Shown in pieces: positions 1 through 8,730 of a stretch of DNA of 60,788 nucleotides. The translations under genes were made by a program, and so were the position numbers. Source of the stretch: a bacterium (lineage in GTDB: Bacteria; Patescibacteriota; Minisyncoccia; UBA6257; 2-01-FULL-56-20); NCBI GenBank assembly GCA_021827685.1, contig JAKAUM010000012.1:1-60788 (forward strand), given 5' to 3'. The notes below the pieces were generated by a model, which was not told the DNA's origin, did not search any database, and saw only the letters and a program-made list of their open reading frames with translations. Each line of letters opens with the position of its first letter. Positions within the stretch are counted from its first letter, which is position 1.

Positions 1-153
1 CTTGATATCTCGCTCCTTAAGGAACGGGATAAGCGTTTCCTTTATGAATTCTACCGATGCTCTCGGCGCATAATGCTCGCCACCCTCGGAGGCAAAGTCA
101 TTTTGGAGATCGACGGCGAGGAACTGGATTTCCATGCGATGATTGTATCGCAT
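1..153 (-). CDS. isochorismatase/nicotinamidase-like cysteine hydrolase, N-terminal fragment (gene continues past window start)
   Basis: Not in the ORF track (<60 aa). Minus-strand translation from the ATG at 153 gives MRYNHRMEIQFLAVDLQNDFASEGGEHYAPRASVEFIKETLIPFLKERDIK. The VDxQNDF strand-1 motif is typical of the isochorismatase family. The frame is open to position 1. Confidence 0.45.
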   Translation of the reverse strand, partial: MRYNHRMEIQFLAVDLQNDFASEGGEHYAPRASVEFIKETLIPFLKERDIK

Positions 154-394
154 TTTTGTGCTCCCGTCATACCGGGTGCAAGGCGCATGTGTTCACTTTT
201 TGAAAGTTCGACAAGGTTGTCAAACTTTTTTATCCATGTTTATTTTCTGAACACCCTCATGCGGCAAGAGAACAGCTCCGACTTACATCGGAGCTGCCGC
301 ATCATGTTCGCTCGTTGAACAATGTTCAGATTGCGAACCGTTATCTTCTCGCCCACTGGCACGCTCCGGTTCGAATTGAATTTTAGGGCTCTAA

Positions 395-997
395 CTAAAA
401 ATCGCTTTTTAAAATCTCTCTTGCCTCCCTGAGCGCCTTGCCGCGATGACTGACTGAGTTCTTTTCCTCAACGGTCATCTCCGCGTTGGTTTTCCCCAGC
501 TCTTCGTTGTAGAAAATAGGATCATAGCCAAAACCATTCGCACCCCGCGGCTCACGGATAATTCTGCCGCGATAGATGCCTTCGCACGTACGGGTCTTGT
601 CGGTCGCAGGATCATAAATGGCAATGACGCAATGGAATTGAGCGCCGAGTTTATCGTCGGGGAAGTTTTTCAACTCACCCAGCAGTTTTCGGTAGCGGTC
701 TTCGTCGGTGCCGGGCTCATACCGCGCAGAATAGATGCCAGGCCTGCCGTTAAGTGCATCCACTTCAAGCCCTGAGTCATCAGCAAGAGTCAGCAATCCC
801 GTCTTTTTCCCTACTGTCATTGCCTTGATTATCGCGTTCCCCTCAAATGTCATAGCCGGTTCCTCCACCTCGTATTTCGGCGGCAGGGATGGGATATCGT
901 TCAAGTTCAGAAAGTCGAACGCCGCCCCCTGAAGCTCGGCGGTTATCTCGGGGAATTTACCTTTACTGTGGGTGACGATAAGAAGCTGTCGGCTCAT
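395..997 (-). CDS. rdgB: non-canonical purine NTP pyrophosphatase (RdgB/HAM1 family)
   Basis: 200 aa with an ATG start. Family motifs: THSKGKFPE, ADDSGLEVDALNGRPGIYSARY, GFGYDPIF, SHRGKAL. Confidence 0.9.
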   Translation of the reverse strand: MSRQLLIVTHSKGKFPEITAELQGAAFDFLNLNDIPSLPPKYEVEEPAMTFEGNAIIKAMTVGKKTGLLTLADDSGLEVDALNGRPGIYSARYEPGTDEDRYRKLLGELKNFPDDKLGAQFHCVIAIYDPATDKTRTCEGIYRGRIIREPRGANGFGYDPIFYNEELGKTNAEMTVEEKNSVSHRGKALREAREILKSDF

Positions 998-1063
998 AGT
1001 ATTGATTATACAGGCTCGGACCGTATGGCGTTGCTCAAATAAATTTCAACAGGCCCCCTTTGG

Positions 1064-1807
1064 TCATGCTGTTTCCTTAGCCAGTTTGTCCCACAGCGAG
1101 TCGAACACCAACTTCTGCGTCTCGGCAAGGCCGGTGTCTTCGATAACAACGCTGTGCGGACGACCCTGCGAGAGGGATATAATCGCGACTTTCTTTCCGT
1201 AGATGATAACGTAAGCGGGGGCGCCACGCTTGGCCGTGATCCAGCGCCGCTCATCAAGGCCGCGGATTTCGCCGCCGGCACCGATCGCGATAACTTTCGC
1301 CTTGATTTTCTCCTTGATGCGCCGCTCGGAGAAGCTCGCAAAGTTGTAATAGAGATATTCCCTGATGTTTGCGGCGGAATATACCCGATATTGTTTGTCC
1401 GTTTCTGCCGCCATCGTTTTGAGCACGTCCTCCAATATCAATTTCGTTCCCGTATGCCCCTCGTGGATTTTAATGATCGGCTGCTCGTGCTTGGTCTCAT
1501 AGAACGTCTGTAGCTCAGGAAGGGATTTCGTCAATTCTTTTCGCATGCTCACCAACTTCTGCCGCTCTTCCTTAAAGAGCGTTTTAAGAATAGCGGGATC
1601 TTCCGCGACGAACTGTTGCCTCTGTTTTTTCTGCGAATGGCTTATCAGTCCGCGGTCGCCGAGCACCTTCAACGCCTCATACACGGTTCCTCGGTTGATG
1701 CCCGTGTCCCCCGCTATCTGCCGGATGGATGCGCCGCCGTTCTTCAGCAGATGCGTATAGACCTTTCCCTCGTTCTCCGAAAACCCGAGTTTTTCAAAGA
1801 TTTTCAT
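1064..1807 (-). CDS. TrmB-family HTH transcriptional regulator
   Basis: 247 aa with an ATG start. The N-terminal winged HTH (LGFSENEGKVYTHLLKNGGASIRQIAGDTGINRGTVYEALKVLGDRGLI) is typical of TrmB/sugar-sensing regulators. Confidence 0.75.
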   Translation of the reverse strand: MKIFEKLGFSENEGKVYTHLLKNGGASIRQIAGDTGINRGTVYEALKVLGDRGLISHSQKKQRQQFVAEDPAILKTLFKEERQKLVSMRKELTKSLPELQTFYETKHEQPIIKIHEGHTGTKLILEDVLKTMAAETDKQYRVYSAANIREYLYYNFASFSERRIKEKIKAKVIAIGAGGEIRGLDERRWITAKRGAPAYVIIYGKKVAIISLSQGRPHSVVIEDTGLAETQKLVFDSLWDKLAKETA

Positions 1808-1864
1808 TTTGATTCTGGTTTATTTTTTCGACTATACGGTGAAGCTTACCGCATCCCGACACAC

Positions 1865-1897
1865 TGTCAAATACTTTATTGACAATATATTTGACAA
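1865..1897 (-). promoter_or_regulatory. TTGACA-type repeat cluster upstream of the TrmB-like gene (putative promoter/operator)
   Basis: Inverted repeat tgtcaa(1865-1870)/ttgaca(1879-1884) plus a direct ttgacaa copy (1891-1897). It lies 58-90 nt upstream of the start at 1807. Confidence 0.3.
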
Positions 1898-1910
1898 CGG
1901 CGGTATGCGT

Positions 1911-1938
1911 AAAAAAAGGCCCCGATGCACTCGGGGCC
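1911..1938 (-). terminator. rho-independent terminator after 1963..2523
   Basis: 8-bp GC stem ggccccga(1918-1925)/tcggggcc(1931-1938). On the minus strand it is followed by T7 (plus-strand a7 at 1911-1917). Confidence 0.75.
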
Positions 1939-1962
1939 CGTAGCGAATGAAATCCTCCAATT

Positions 1963-2523
1963 CTACGCCGGAATGGGCCGGGCTTGCGACAGCGACTGGT
2001 CGATGAGCGATATAAAACACCAAGCATCCTCTTTCCGTTCTCGCAGATATTCGGGGTTCAGGAAGAACCGGGAAAACGTATCGCGGAAAACCAGGTAGGC
2101 CGCTCCCTCATATTGGGCTGCCATGCCGGTTGCGTAGCGTTTCGCTTCGTTGCGAATCCGCTCGGAGATACACCACATGAGCTTTGCGACGACGGCGAAA
2201 AACTCTTTCTGGAGATAGTAGTCGGGCGAAGCCATGATCGATTGCCGGTCGAAGCGAACCCAGAGGATTGCTTCCTTGTCGTCGTATTCCGGACAAACCA
2301 CCTGGATGTACTTCCACTCCGATCTCTTCCAATCCGGCTGTTTGTTCTGCTCATCGCAGAAAGATTTGAGTTGCGGGATGCGGTTGAACGGTTTGGCGGC
2401 AATCGTAACTTTGAGCTCGGGAATAATCGCCCGCCAGTGGGATGTAATCATCTCGTAAGACTTGGTGATGAGAGCCGCGACTTCTTGGTCGGCCTCGGGA
2501 TTCGTTACGGTCATAGTTGGCAT
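1963..2523 (-). CDS. hypothetical protein
   Basis: 186 aa with an ATG start, its own terminator and coding-like composition. I recognise no family. Confidence 0.55.
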   Translation of the reverse strand: MPTMTVTNPEADQEVAALITKSYEMITSHWRAIIPELKVTIAAKPFNRIPQLKSFCDEQNKQPDWKRSEWKYIQVVCPEYDDKEAILWVRFDRQSIMASPDYYLQKEFFAVVAKLMWCISERIRNEAKRYATGMAAQYEGAAYLVFRDTFSRFFLNPEYLRERKEDAWCFISLIDQSLSQARPIPA

Positions 2524-2670
2524 CAGTCACTCTCCTTGTTGAATTTTCAATGCCGGTTCGAGGCACCGTATTCACTATGGCCGGGTACGCGCCATCTCTC
2601 AATAACCTGATTGGCAAATATTGTGACAATATCAAGCTTCCTTACGGACGTATGGAAGCTTGATATTTCC

Positions 2671-2710
2671 CAAAAGAAAACCCTCGCAGCTGCCGGAGCA
2701 GATGCGAGGG
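2671..2710 (-). terminator. rho-independent terminator after 2743..3399
   Basis: Stem ccctcgca(2681-2688)/tgcgaggg(2703-2710). On the minus strand it is followed by TTTTCTTTTG. Confidence 0.75.
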
Positions 2711-2742
2711 TCAAGGGGTCAGACAAGAAGAGTGTCTGGTGG

Positions 2743-3399
2743 TCAACGAGAATTGCGAGAGAAGACCTGATCGCCACCGCGCCACGTGTTCGGGTACGTG
2801 ACGGAGCGCGCGCGCACGCGCCAGCCGCAGTCGTCAGCGGCCCAGTACACGCCCACGGCACGGAGCACGCCTTTGGCGTCACGAACATAGAAGATGTTCG
2901 CATAGCCGTTCGTAAGGAGCGCTCCCTTCTCGCCGTTCGGCTGGGCCGACATCAGGGCGAACACTTCGGCGAGCGTCGTTTCCGCTTTCTCTTCGCCGCC
3001 GAGTTCGGCGATGATCGGGCCGTCCACGGACGAGCGCGAGAGCGTGCCGTATTTCAGGGTTGATCCCTCGAACGGCTGCTCTGTCTTGTCCATGAACCAG
3101 CTCGTGAATTCATCCCAAATGTAGGCGATCTTCACGGCCGCGTTCCACTTGGTGTTCACGACAAACTTCTCGCGGGCGATGAAAACGCCCTTGGTTGGGG
3201 CGATCGCCACGGTGCCAATCGGTTTGAGTAATAGTATCCGGGCGATCGCCGCTCCGCCGCGGATGACCGCAAGAACGTCGGCGAAGAAGCCGCCCTTTGT
3301 CATTGCCTTCACCTCGGCATGCGTGGCTCCCGCGCGAGCCAAGGCAAACTCAACTTCCTGAATCTCTCCGGCACTCCCGAAGGTAAACTTGTCGCTCAT
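2743..3399 (-). CDS. hypothetical protein; C-terminal domain resembles the scaffold of the DGR target at 13735..14415
   Basis: 218 aa with an ATG start. The C-terminus NGYANIFYVRDAKGVLRAVGVYWAADDCGWRVRARSVTYPNTW parallels NGYTYFWGTIFRGANSSLYVGYLFRDGDRWRWDCRWLGYDW of the target. Shared pattern: NGY..F....G.L..VG..W...W. Confidence 0.6.
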   Translation of the reverse strand: MSDKFTFGSAGEIQEVEFALARAGATHAEVKAMTKGGFFADVLAVIRGGAAIARILLLKPIGTVAIAPTKGVFIAREKFVVNTKWNAAVKIAYIWDEFTSWFMDKTEQPFEGSTLKYGTLSRSSVDGPIIAELGGEEKAETTLAEVFALMSAQPNGEKGALLTNGYANIFYVRDAKGVLRAVGVYWAADDCGWRVRARSVTYPNTWRGGDQVFSRNSR

Positions 3400-3601
3400 G
3401 ACTGGTTCCTTTTCCGACTCGTTTCCCTTAGGAAACTTGTCTTCTGTAAAGTCATGGAATTGCTCCCATGCTGACCGTATCTTATGCCCTAATTCCTTAA
3501 TTCGTCAAGCGCGCGTAAATATTAATCTCGCGCGGCCTAAGGAAGCATTGGCCACGAACCATTTAACAGACAAAGGCGAAAGTTCCACCTGATTCGTTTC
3601 A

Positions 3602-3638
3602 AGAAAATGCGCCCGTATGGATTGCTCCAAACGGGCGC
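3602..3638 (-). terminator. rho-independent terminator after 3662..4123
   Basis: Stem gcgcccgt(3609-3616)/acgggcgc(3631-3638). On the minus strand it is followed by ATTTTCTTG. Confidence 0.65.
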
Positions 3639-3661
3639 TAGTTCGATGATCAACGCGGTGG

Positions 3662-4123
3662 TCATACCGCGCAGAGCAGCTTGGGCAATTCGACGCGGAG
3701 CTTGGCTATCGCATCCTCGTGCGAATCAAATGTAATAATTTTCACGACGGAGGGATTTCCCCGAAGCAGCCGCGATATCTTGCGAGCTTCGAGCTTTCTT
3801 TGCTCGCAAAGAATTATCACGGGGATGCCACTCCGGTTTGCCATCTCCACCTCGATGCCGCCACCCCAGGAAGGAGCTTCGGCGACAACGACGAGGAGCG
3901 ACGTGCGTTCGCATACCTGCTCACGCTCGGCCGCATCCACCTCGGGAGCGGTGTAGTGCCCGTGCTTTACTGGGTCATAATGTTCGTGCGGCACGAACGC
4001 CCGCACTCCGGTTTCGGCCTCAAACAGATCCGCGATTGCGACATAAAATGCCTTGATCGCGGCCTGTTCTTCTGGCGTCAGTTCGGTCAGTGGGCCGCAT
4101 ACATATGCGGAGTTTCCATTCAT
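3662..4123 (-). CDS. nucleoside 2-deoxyribosyltransferase-like (Rossmann-like) protein
   Basis: The ORF track extends to 4195. I place the start at the internal ATG at 4123 because a GGAGG lies 6 nt upstream. Motifs: N-terminal YVCGPL and C-terminal LLVVVAEAPSWGGGIEVEMANRSGIPVIIL, the PSxGxxxExG pattern of the NDT-like superfamily. Confidence 0.5.
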   Translation of the reverse strand: MNGNSAYVCGPLTELTPEEQAAIKAFYVAIADLFEAETGVRAFVPHEHYDPVKHGHYTAPEVDAAEREQVCERTSLLVVVAEAPSWGGGIEVEMANRSGIPVIILCEQRKLEARKISRLLRGNPSVVKIITFDSHEDAIAKLRVELPKLLCAV

Positions 4124-4445
4124 CCAACACCTCCGATTCATTGGCATTGATGCTGCTTGGCTGAATAGATTTAAACAGAAAGAGCATGTGGTCAAGGAAG
4201 CATAAATCGATCGCCTTTAACAACCACTATTCGATTATCGTGATGAGTCCCAGCAACAGCTATTTTAAAGACGCGATAGGGAGGATTACCGCTTCGCCCG
4301 CCGGAACACTCCGGTCTGTGGCGGACTTTGGGACGCTGTTTTGCGCCCGTATTCCATGCATCGATTTTTATCGCGCATGAATCGCGCAGAAAATCGCGCA
4401 GTGGTTCTGACCGGCTCGTAGGGCACACAGCGGACCTTAGGATAA

Positions 4446-4787
4446 CTATTTCACTTTTCGGGTCAACTGTAAGGTTTTCTTGATAAATTCGTTATGTTCT
4501 TCCGAATATTTCTCCCGGTCTTCTGGATATTTTTTCGCCGGCTCCTTCTTCGGGCTTGAGCATGCCTTCGTGTGCGCTGGATGAGCGTTCAGAGGTTTTC
4601 CATGTTCGCCATGAACGGGTCTTCCCGCTATCGGGAAAATAAAGCTCCCTGCCAGCGATGACTTGCGCCACCCATACACCTTTCGGAGTATGACGGTCCC
4701 CGATGCTCTGACGAGGGGCTTTATACCGGGAACAGAATATTGCGCCATGCCAGCGAGTTGCCTTGCTAGTTTAGGCGTCTTATTCAC
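4446..4787 (-). CDS. hypothetical basic protein
   Basis: 113 aa with a GTG start and a Lys-rich C-terminus. No recognisable domain, so the coding status is uncertain. Confidence 0.35.
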   Translation of the reverse strand: MNKTPKLARQLAGMAQYSVPGIKPLVRASGTVILRKVYGWRKSSLAGSFIFPIAGRPVHGEHGKPLNAHPAHTKACSSPKKEPAKKYPEDREKYSEEHNEFIKKTLQLTRKVK

Positions 4788-4810
4788 TTGTTATATTAAT
4801 TTTATGACGA

Positions 4811-4835
4811 GAAAAGCGCGCCTGTCTAGCGCGCT
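4811..4835 (-). terminator. rho-independent terminator closing the AAA/vWA/paralog gene string
   Basis: Stem agcgcgc(4815-4821)/gcgcgct(4829-4835). On the minus strand it is followed by TTTTCTCGTC. It lies 58 nt after the stop at 4893. Confidence 0.65.
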
Positions 4836-4892
4836 CTGATTTCGAATTCACATATTTTATATAAAAATTTTCGGAACCAAATTCCAAAGTAT

Positions 4893-5774
4893 CTATTCAC
4901 GAGAGAAAAGGACCTGAGGGCGGAACCCCAAGCCGGCGCTCCGCCCGTCGGGATCATCCCAGCGGACGATCGAGAGACCACCGTCCCCCGAGCTGCCACC
5001 ATCGAGGCGCCCCTGGCCCTTCATATAAGAATCTTCGAACCACTCCCATGTGTTTGCTCCGCCCCACTTGGGATAATATACGTTTCCCATGTAGTTCCAT
5101 TCAATCGCACGCGGAAGCCGCAGCGATTCGGGCGGGACATCCAACGCCTCCGCAATGGCTTTCTTCACCTCCGGCTTATTCAACTCGTCCCATGAAATGT
5201 TATAGCGGGAATCCTTAACTTTGAAATCGGTGATGACTTTCTTTTTTCTCAAATCTTCCAGCGTCTCGGCCAGTATATCATCGGCGTATTTTTGCTTGCC
5301 GTCCTGGTATTGCGGCTTCTCGCGGGTATCGACAAGAATCCAAGCGGCGGGAAGCTTGAGAGTTTCCTTTGGAAGATTGCCATTCTTCACTTCATCAAAA
5401 AATTCGATGCCCCATTTTTTATCCGGAGTGTATCGCGTGCCCGGCTTTTTCTTCCACCCGGGCAGATCGCGCCCTTCGTCAAGTTCTTCGTCCGGCAGGT
5501 AATGAAGTTCAAGCCCCATCTCTTTCCATTTCTCGTAGCGCTCGGGCGTAATTTCTTCCGGGAGTTCCGGAACCTCAATGTCGTATCCGAAAAAATTGCG
5601 GAGTGATTCTGCTTCCCGATCGAGGAGCTCGCGGAACTCCATCGTTTCCGCACGCATTCTACCGCGCTCTTTTTCCGCTTCGCCTAAAACCCTCTCCACC
5701 TTCTTTTGAACAGAGGTTTTATACTGGTCGGGGTTATATCCCTCGTATATTTTGTAACCGGGGAAGCGCTCCAT
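4893..5774 (-). CDS. variable-tail paralog P1: cytoplasmic protein with a C-terminal CLec/FGE-like putative DGR variable region
   Basis: 293 aa with an ATG start. It shares the N-terminus MERFPGYKIYE..YNPDQYKTSVQKKVE and the C-terminal frame PRAIEWNY.GN..P.WG....EWFEDS ... LGFRPQV.F.RE with P2 and P3. No signal peptide or TM segment. Confidence 0.85.
   Translation of the reverse strand: MERFPGYKIYEGYNPDQYKTSVQKKVERVLGEAEKERGRMRAETMEFRELLDREAESLRNFFGYDIEVPELPEEITPERYEKWKEMGLELHYLPDEELDEGRDLPGWKKKPGTRYTPDKKWGIEFFDEVKNGNLPKETLKLPAAWILVDTREKPQYQDGKQKYADDILAETLEDLRKKKVITDFKVKDSRYNISWDELNKPEVKKAIAEALDVPPESLRLPRAIEWNYMGNVYYPKWGGANTWEWFEDSYMKGQGRLDGGSSGDGGLSIVRWDDPDGRSAGLGFRPQVLFSRE
4932..5027 (-). 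repeat. hypervariable block (putative DGR VR) of P1
   Basis: Encodes YMKGQGRLDGGSSGDGGLSIVRWDDPDGRSAG. Aligns codon-for-codon with 5888..5983 and 9098..9193; see findings. Confidence 0.7.
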
Positions 5775-5848
5775 ATAAGTTATTTATTTTTGATTATCAT
5801 AAATTTTTCGAACCCGCCAAAGAAACAAAAGACCGATTACCAAAGCAC

Positions 5849-6700
5849 CTATTCACGAGAGAAAACAACCTGAGGGCGGAACCCCAAGTCGCCGAGCCGC
5901 GCGCCGGGATCACCCCAGCCGACGCTCGAGAGACCACCGATCCCCGAGTAGCCAACAGCGAGGCGCCTCTGGCCCTCCCCTAAAGAATCCTCAAACCACT
6001 CCCACGTATCGGTGTCGCCCCATGAAGGGTGGTAGGCGTTGCCGAGATAATTCCACTCGATGGCGCGGGGAAGGCGGAGATATTTTTCTGGAACATCAAG
6101 GGCTTCCGCGATCGCTTTCTTTACTTCCGGTTTGTGCAGTTCATCCCATGAAATTCTGAAACGGGAGCCTTCGACTTCAAAAGCTCCGATGACTTTTTTC
6201 TTTCTCAGTTCTTCAAGCGTTTTAGCAAGTACGTCGTCTTGGTACATTTGCTCGGCGTGTTGATATTTCGGTTTTTCTCTTGTATCCGCGAGGATCCACG
6301 CACCGGGTAAAGTCGCCGCATCGGCATCAACTTTTTTATCTTTAATATTCTCATAAAACAAATCGCGGGGTTTCTTCTTCCAGCCGGGCAGTTCGCGGTC
6401 TTTTTTCATTTCCTCCGCCGGCAAGTAATGGAGTTCGAAACCCATCTCTTTCCATTTCTCGTAGCGCTCCATCGTAATCTCTGCGGGGAGCGGCGGCACT
6501 TCAACGTCGTACCCGAAAAAGTTGCGGAGCGATTCTGCTTCGCGACCCCGAAGCTCGCGGAACTCCATGGTTTCGGGACCCATTCTGCCGCGCTCTTTTT
6601 GCGCTTCGCCTAAAACTCTCTCCACCTTCTTTTGGACGGAAGTCTTATACTGGTCGGGGTTATACTCCTCGTAGATTTTGTAACCGGGGAAGCGCTCCAT
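5849..6700 (-). CDS. variable-tail paralog P2
   Basis: 283 aa with an ATG start placed 2 nt after the vWA stop. Near-identical to P3 outside the tail; for example, a roughly 95-nt stretch around 6037-6133 appears identical to 9247-9343. Confidence 0.85.
   Translation of the reverse strand: MERFPGYKIYEEYNPDQYKTSVQKKVERVLGEAQKERGRMGPETMEFRELRGREAESLRNFFGYDVEVPPLPAEITMERYEKWKEMGFELHYLPAEEMKKDRELPGWKKKPRDLFYENIKDKKVDADAATLPGAWILADTREKPKYQHAEQMYQDDVLAKTLEELRKKKVIGAFEVEGSRFRISWDELHKPEVKKAIAEALDVPEKYLRLPRAIEWNYLGNAYHPSWGDTDTWEWFEDSLGEGQRRLAVGYSGIGGLSSVGWGDPGARLGDLGFRPQVVFSRE
5888..5983 (-). repeat. hypervariable block (putative DGR VR) of P2
   Basis: Encodes LGEGQRRLAVGYSGIGGLSSVGWGDPGARLGD. Confidence 0.7.
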
Positions 6701-6702
6701 GG

Positions 6703-8730
6703 TTATAGATCTCTTGTGTATTGAAGAATAACTTTTTGGACGGCTTGCGGCAATTTATTGATGTCCACGATGACTTCCGCATCCGGTTTATACGTTTCCT
6801 GAACAGCGGCCCCGGATTCCGTCATGCCCAAGCCTAAAATAATCACGCCCTTCTCGCGCAGCGCTTTGAGGTTCTTCTGGACGCGTTCGGCGTTTTCGCT
6901 GTCGCCGTCCGAGAGTACTACGATCACTTTGCGCCGTATCTTTTCCCTAAGCTGCCGCTCATCTTCCGGTGTCAGGGATTTTAACGCTTCTTCGAGCGAG
7001 AGATAATCCGGCGTTCCGCCACCCGCCTTGTGCATTTTCTTCCAAATCGCGATGCGGTCTTTTTCCGAAAGATCCGGCGAGAGTTTTTTGAGTTCCACAT
7101 CGCCGAAATCGCCGAACGCTCTCGTTTCGGTTCTCACGCCTAAACCCACAGGCATGCCGCTCTCGTATTCTGCTTCCTCGATTTCTTTCTGAAAGTCCGC
7201 GAGCGATTCCAAGAAAAGAAGTTTGCTTTTTCTATCCATTTCGAGCTTCCCGCCCTCGTTCATGGAGCCGGAAAGGTCATTGATCAGAGTCATATCAAGC
7301 GCGCCATATCCCTCTTCTTCCCGCTGCTTGCGCTCCACATCTCGAAATGCTCTCGGCTCACCGCCGCTTTTGGACTCGATATACGCTTCCGCGACCGTTC
7401 CACCCTCTATTTCCTCTCCTTCTCGCTGGAGCTGCGGGCGAACTTTCCAGCGCCGCTGTAATCTCTTCGTCACTACTTGCTTGAACACTTCGCGAAGTTC
7501 GGCAATGAGCGGGGCAATTTCTTTATATTCGTTTCGATATCCAATCACGTCTTCGGGGCTTACGTCGTGCTCCCTTGCCCATTGCTCAAGGATGCTCTGA
7601 TCGAGAGTGGGCACTCCGCCGCGCTCTTTCACAATCGTCTCGATCGCTTTCATGATTTTTTCTTCGTCTTTGGCCGACAAGGGCTCGGGGTGCGTCGCCT
7701 CATATGTTTTATATTGCTCCTTGAATCGCTTCTCGGCCTCGCGCCGGGCGCCGCCATCGCCGCGCTTCTCTTTTTTCGTGTCTCCTCCGCCTTCTTCTCC
7801 CTTTCCATTGCCGCCCTCGGCCTCTTTTTTCTTTTTAAACTTCTCCCACCACTTTTTGTCTTTTTTTTCGCCGCCCTGCTCGCCCTGCCCACCCTGCCCT
7901 CCTTCCTGTTCGCGACTTTCGTTCGACTGGCCTTGACCCTGATCCCCTTTGCCTTTTTGTTTCTGCGTTTCGCGCTCCATGTCTTTGCGGTAAAGTTCCA
8001 TATAAACCGGCTCGACAACCTGGCGCATCAACTTGAACCGGTCGCGCGGCTCAATTGTGGGCGTCGTTACAAGATCTAAAATATCTGTTCTGTCGTCGCC
8101 GAAATTGCGAAGCTTATCGAGGGCTTCCTGTGCTTCGGGACCCACCGTAACTTGTTCATCCGGAACCATCATCTGGCGGATAAAGCCGTACACGAACTGA
8201 ACGTGGGCAGACAATTCCTGTTCTTGGCCAGTTTGCGGATCCTTGAGGCGCCGGTAATCGGTCGCCGGAAACATTTTCTCTTTATATAAAGTGCGGCGCG
8301 TTTCCTCCAGAAATGGAAGTTCAGCGACAATGCGCCGATTCCCAAGCACGTCTTCAAAGATATTGTGGAGAATATGGAGCTGCGGTTTTTGCTGGCTATA
8401 TCGTTTCGCTTCCTTAAGTACAAATTCCGGATCTCTCAAAAGTTCCCCGTAGTGAGCCATAAGCTCGTGCGTCGTCGCAAAGAGCGTTTCCTTAAGATCG
8501 TAACCGCGCTCAATGAAAAAATTGGGATCGTAAACAAGTCGCCGGTTCTCGAAGTCGAACGCCCAACCGTTGCTCCCCCTTTCGAGCGTAATGTCCCCGC
8601 GCATCCCGTATGCGCCGAGGATCTCGCCTTCCTTGTCGAAAAACGCTTCAACTTCGGACGGCTGCGACTCCTTCTTTTCAATGGGATTCTCGTCTCCCTC
8701 GGGCGGTTTTTCAGGAGAGAATTTAGTCAA
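6703..8730 (-). CDS. vWA-domain protein with an N-terminal HExxH (metallopeptidase-like) region and a central K/E/G-rich low-complexity linker
   Basis: 675 aa. HELMAH motif near residue 90. C-terminal vWA domain with the MIDAS motif DLSGSM. The track start at 8730 is a TTG overlapping the stop of the RT remnant, so the true start is uncertain. Confidence 0.8.
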   Translation of the reverse strand: MTKFSPEKPPEGDENPIEKKESQPSEVEAFFDKEGEILGAYGMRGDITLERGSNGWAFDFENRRLVYDPNFFIERGYDLKETLFATTHELMAHYGELLRDPEFVLKEAKRYSQQKPQLHILHNIFEDVLGNRRIVAELPFLEETRRTLYKEKMFPATDYRRLKDPQTGQEQELSAHVQFVYGFIRQMMVPDEQVTVGPEAQEALDKLRNFGDDRTDILDLVTTPTIEPRDRFKLMRQVVEPVYMELYRKDMERETQKQKGKGDQGQGQSNESREQEGGQGGQGEQGGEKKDKKWWEKFKKKKEAEGGNGKGEEGGGDTKKEKRGDGGARREAEKRFKEQYKTYEATHPEPLSAKDEEKIMKAIETIVKERGGVPTLDQSILEQWAREHDVSPEDVIGYRNEYKEIAPLIAELREVFKQVVTKRLQRRWKVRPQLQREGEEIEGGTVAEAYIESKSGGEPRAFRDVERKQREEEGYGALDMTLINDLSGSMNEGGKLEMDRKSKLLFLESLADFQKEIEEAEYESGMPVGLGVRTETRAFGDFGDVELKKLSPDLSEKDRIAIWKKMHKAGGGTPDYLSLEEALKSLTPEDERQLREKIRRKVIVVLSDGDSENAERVQKNLKALREKGVIILGLGMTESGAAVQETYKPDAEVIVDINKLPQAVQKVILQYTRDL

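Noticed and set aside
73-318. 81-aa plus-strand ORF at the window start
   Set aside because: It has no RBS or motif and overlaps the more convincing minus-strand isochorismatase-like N-terminus. A 9-bp hairpin at about 274-297 looks structural rather than coding.
7650-8079. Overlapping ORFs in the central part of the vWA gene (7477..8079+, 7607..7936+, 7650..8018-)
   Set aside because: They result from the purine-rich K/E/G low-complexity linker of the vWA protein, which stays open in several frames. The full-length minus-strand frame links the HExxH and vWA domains.
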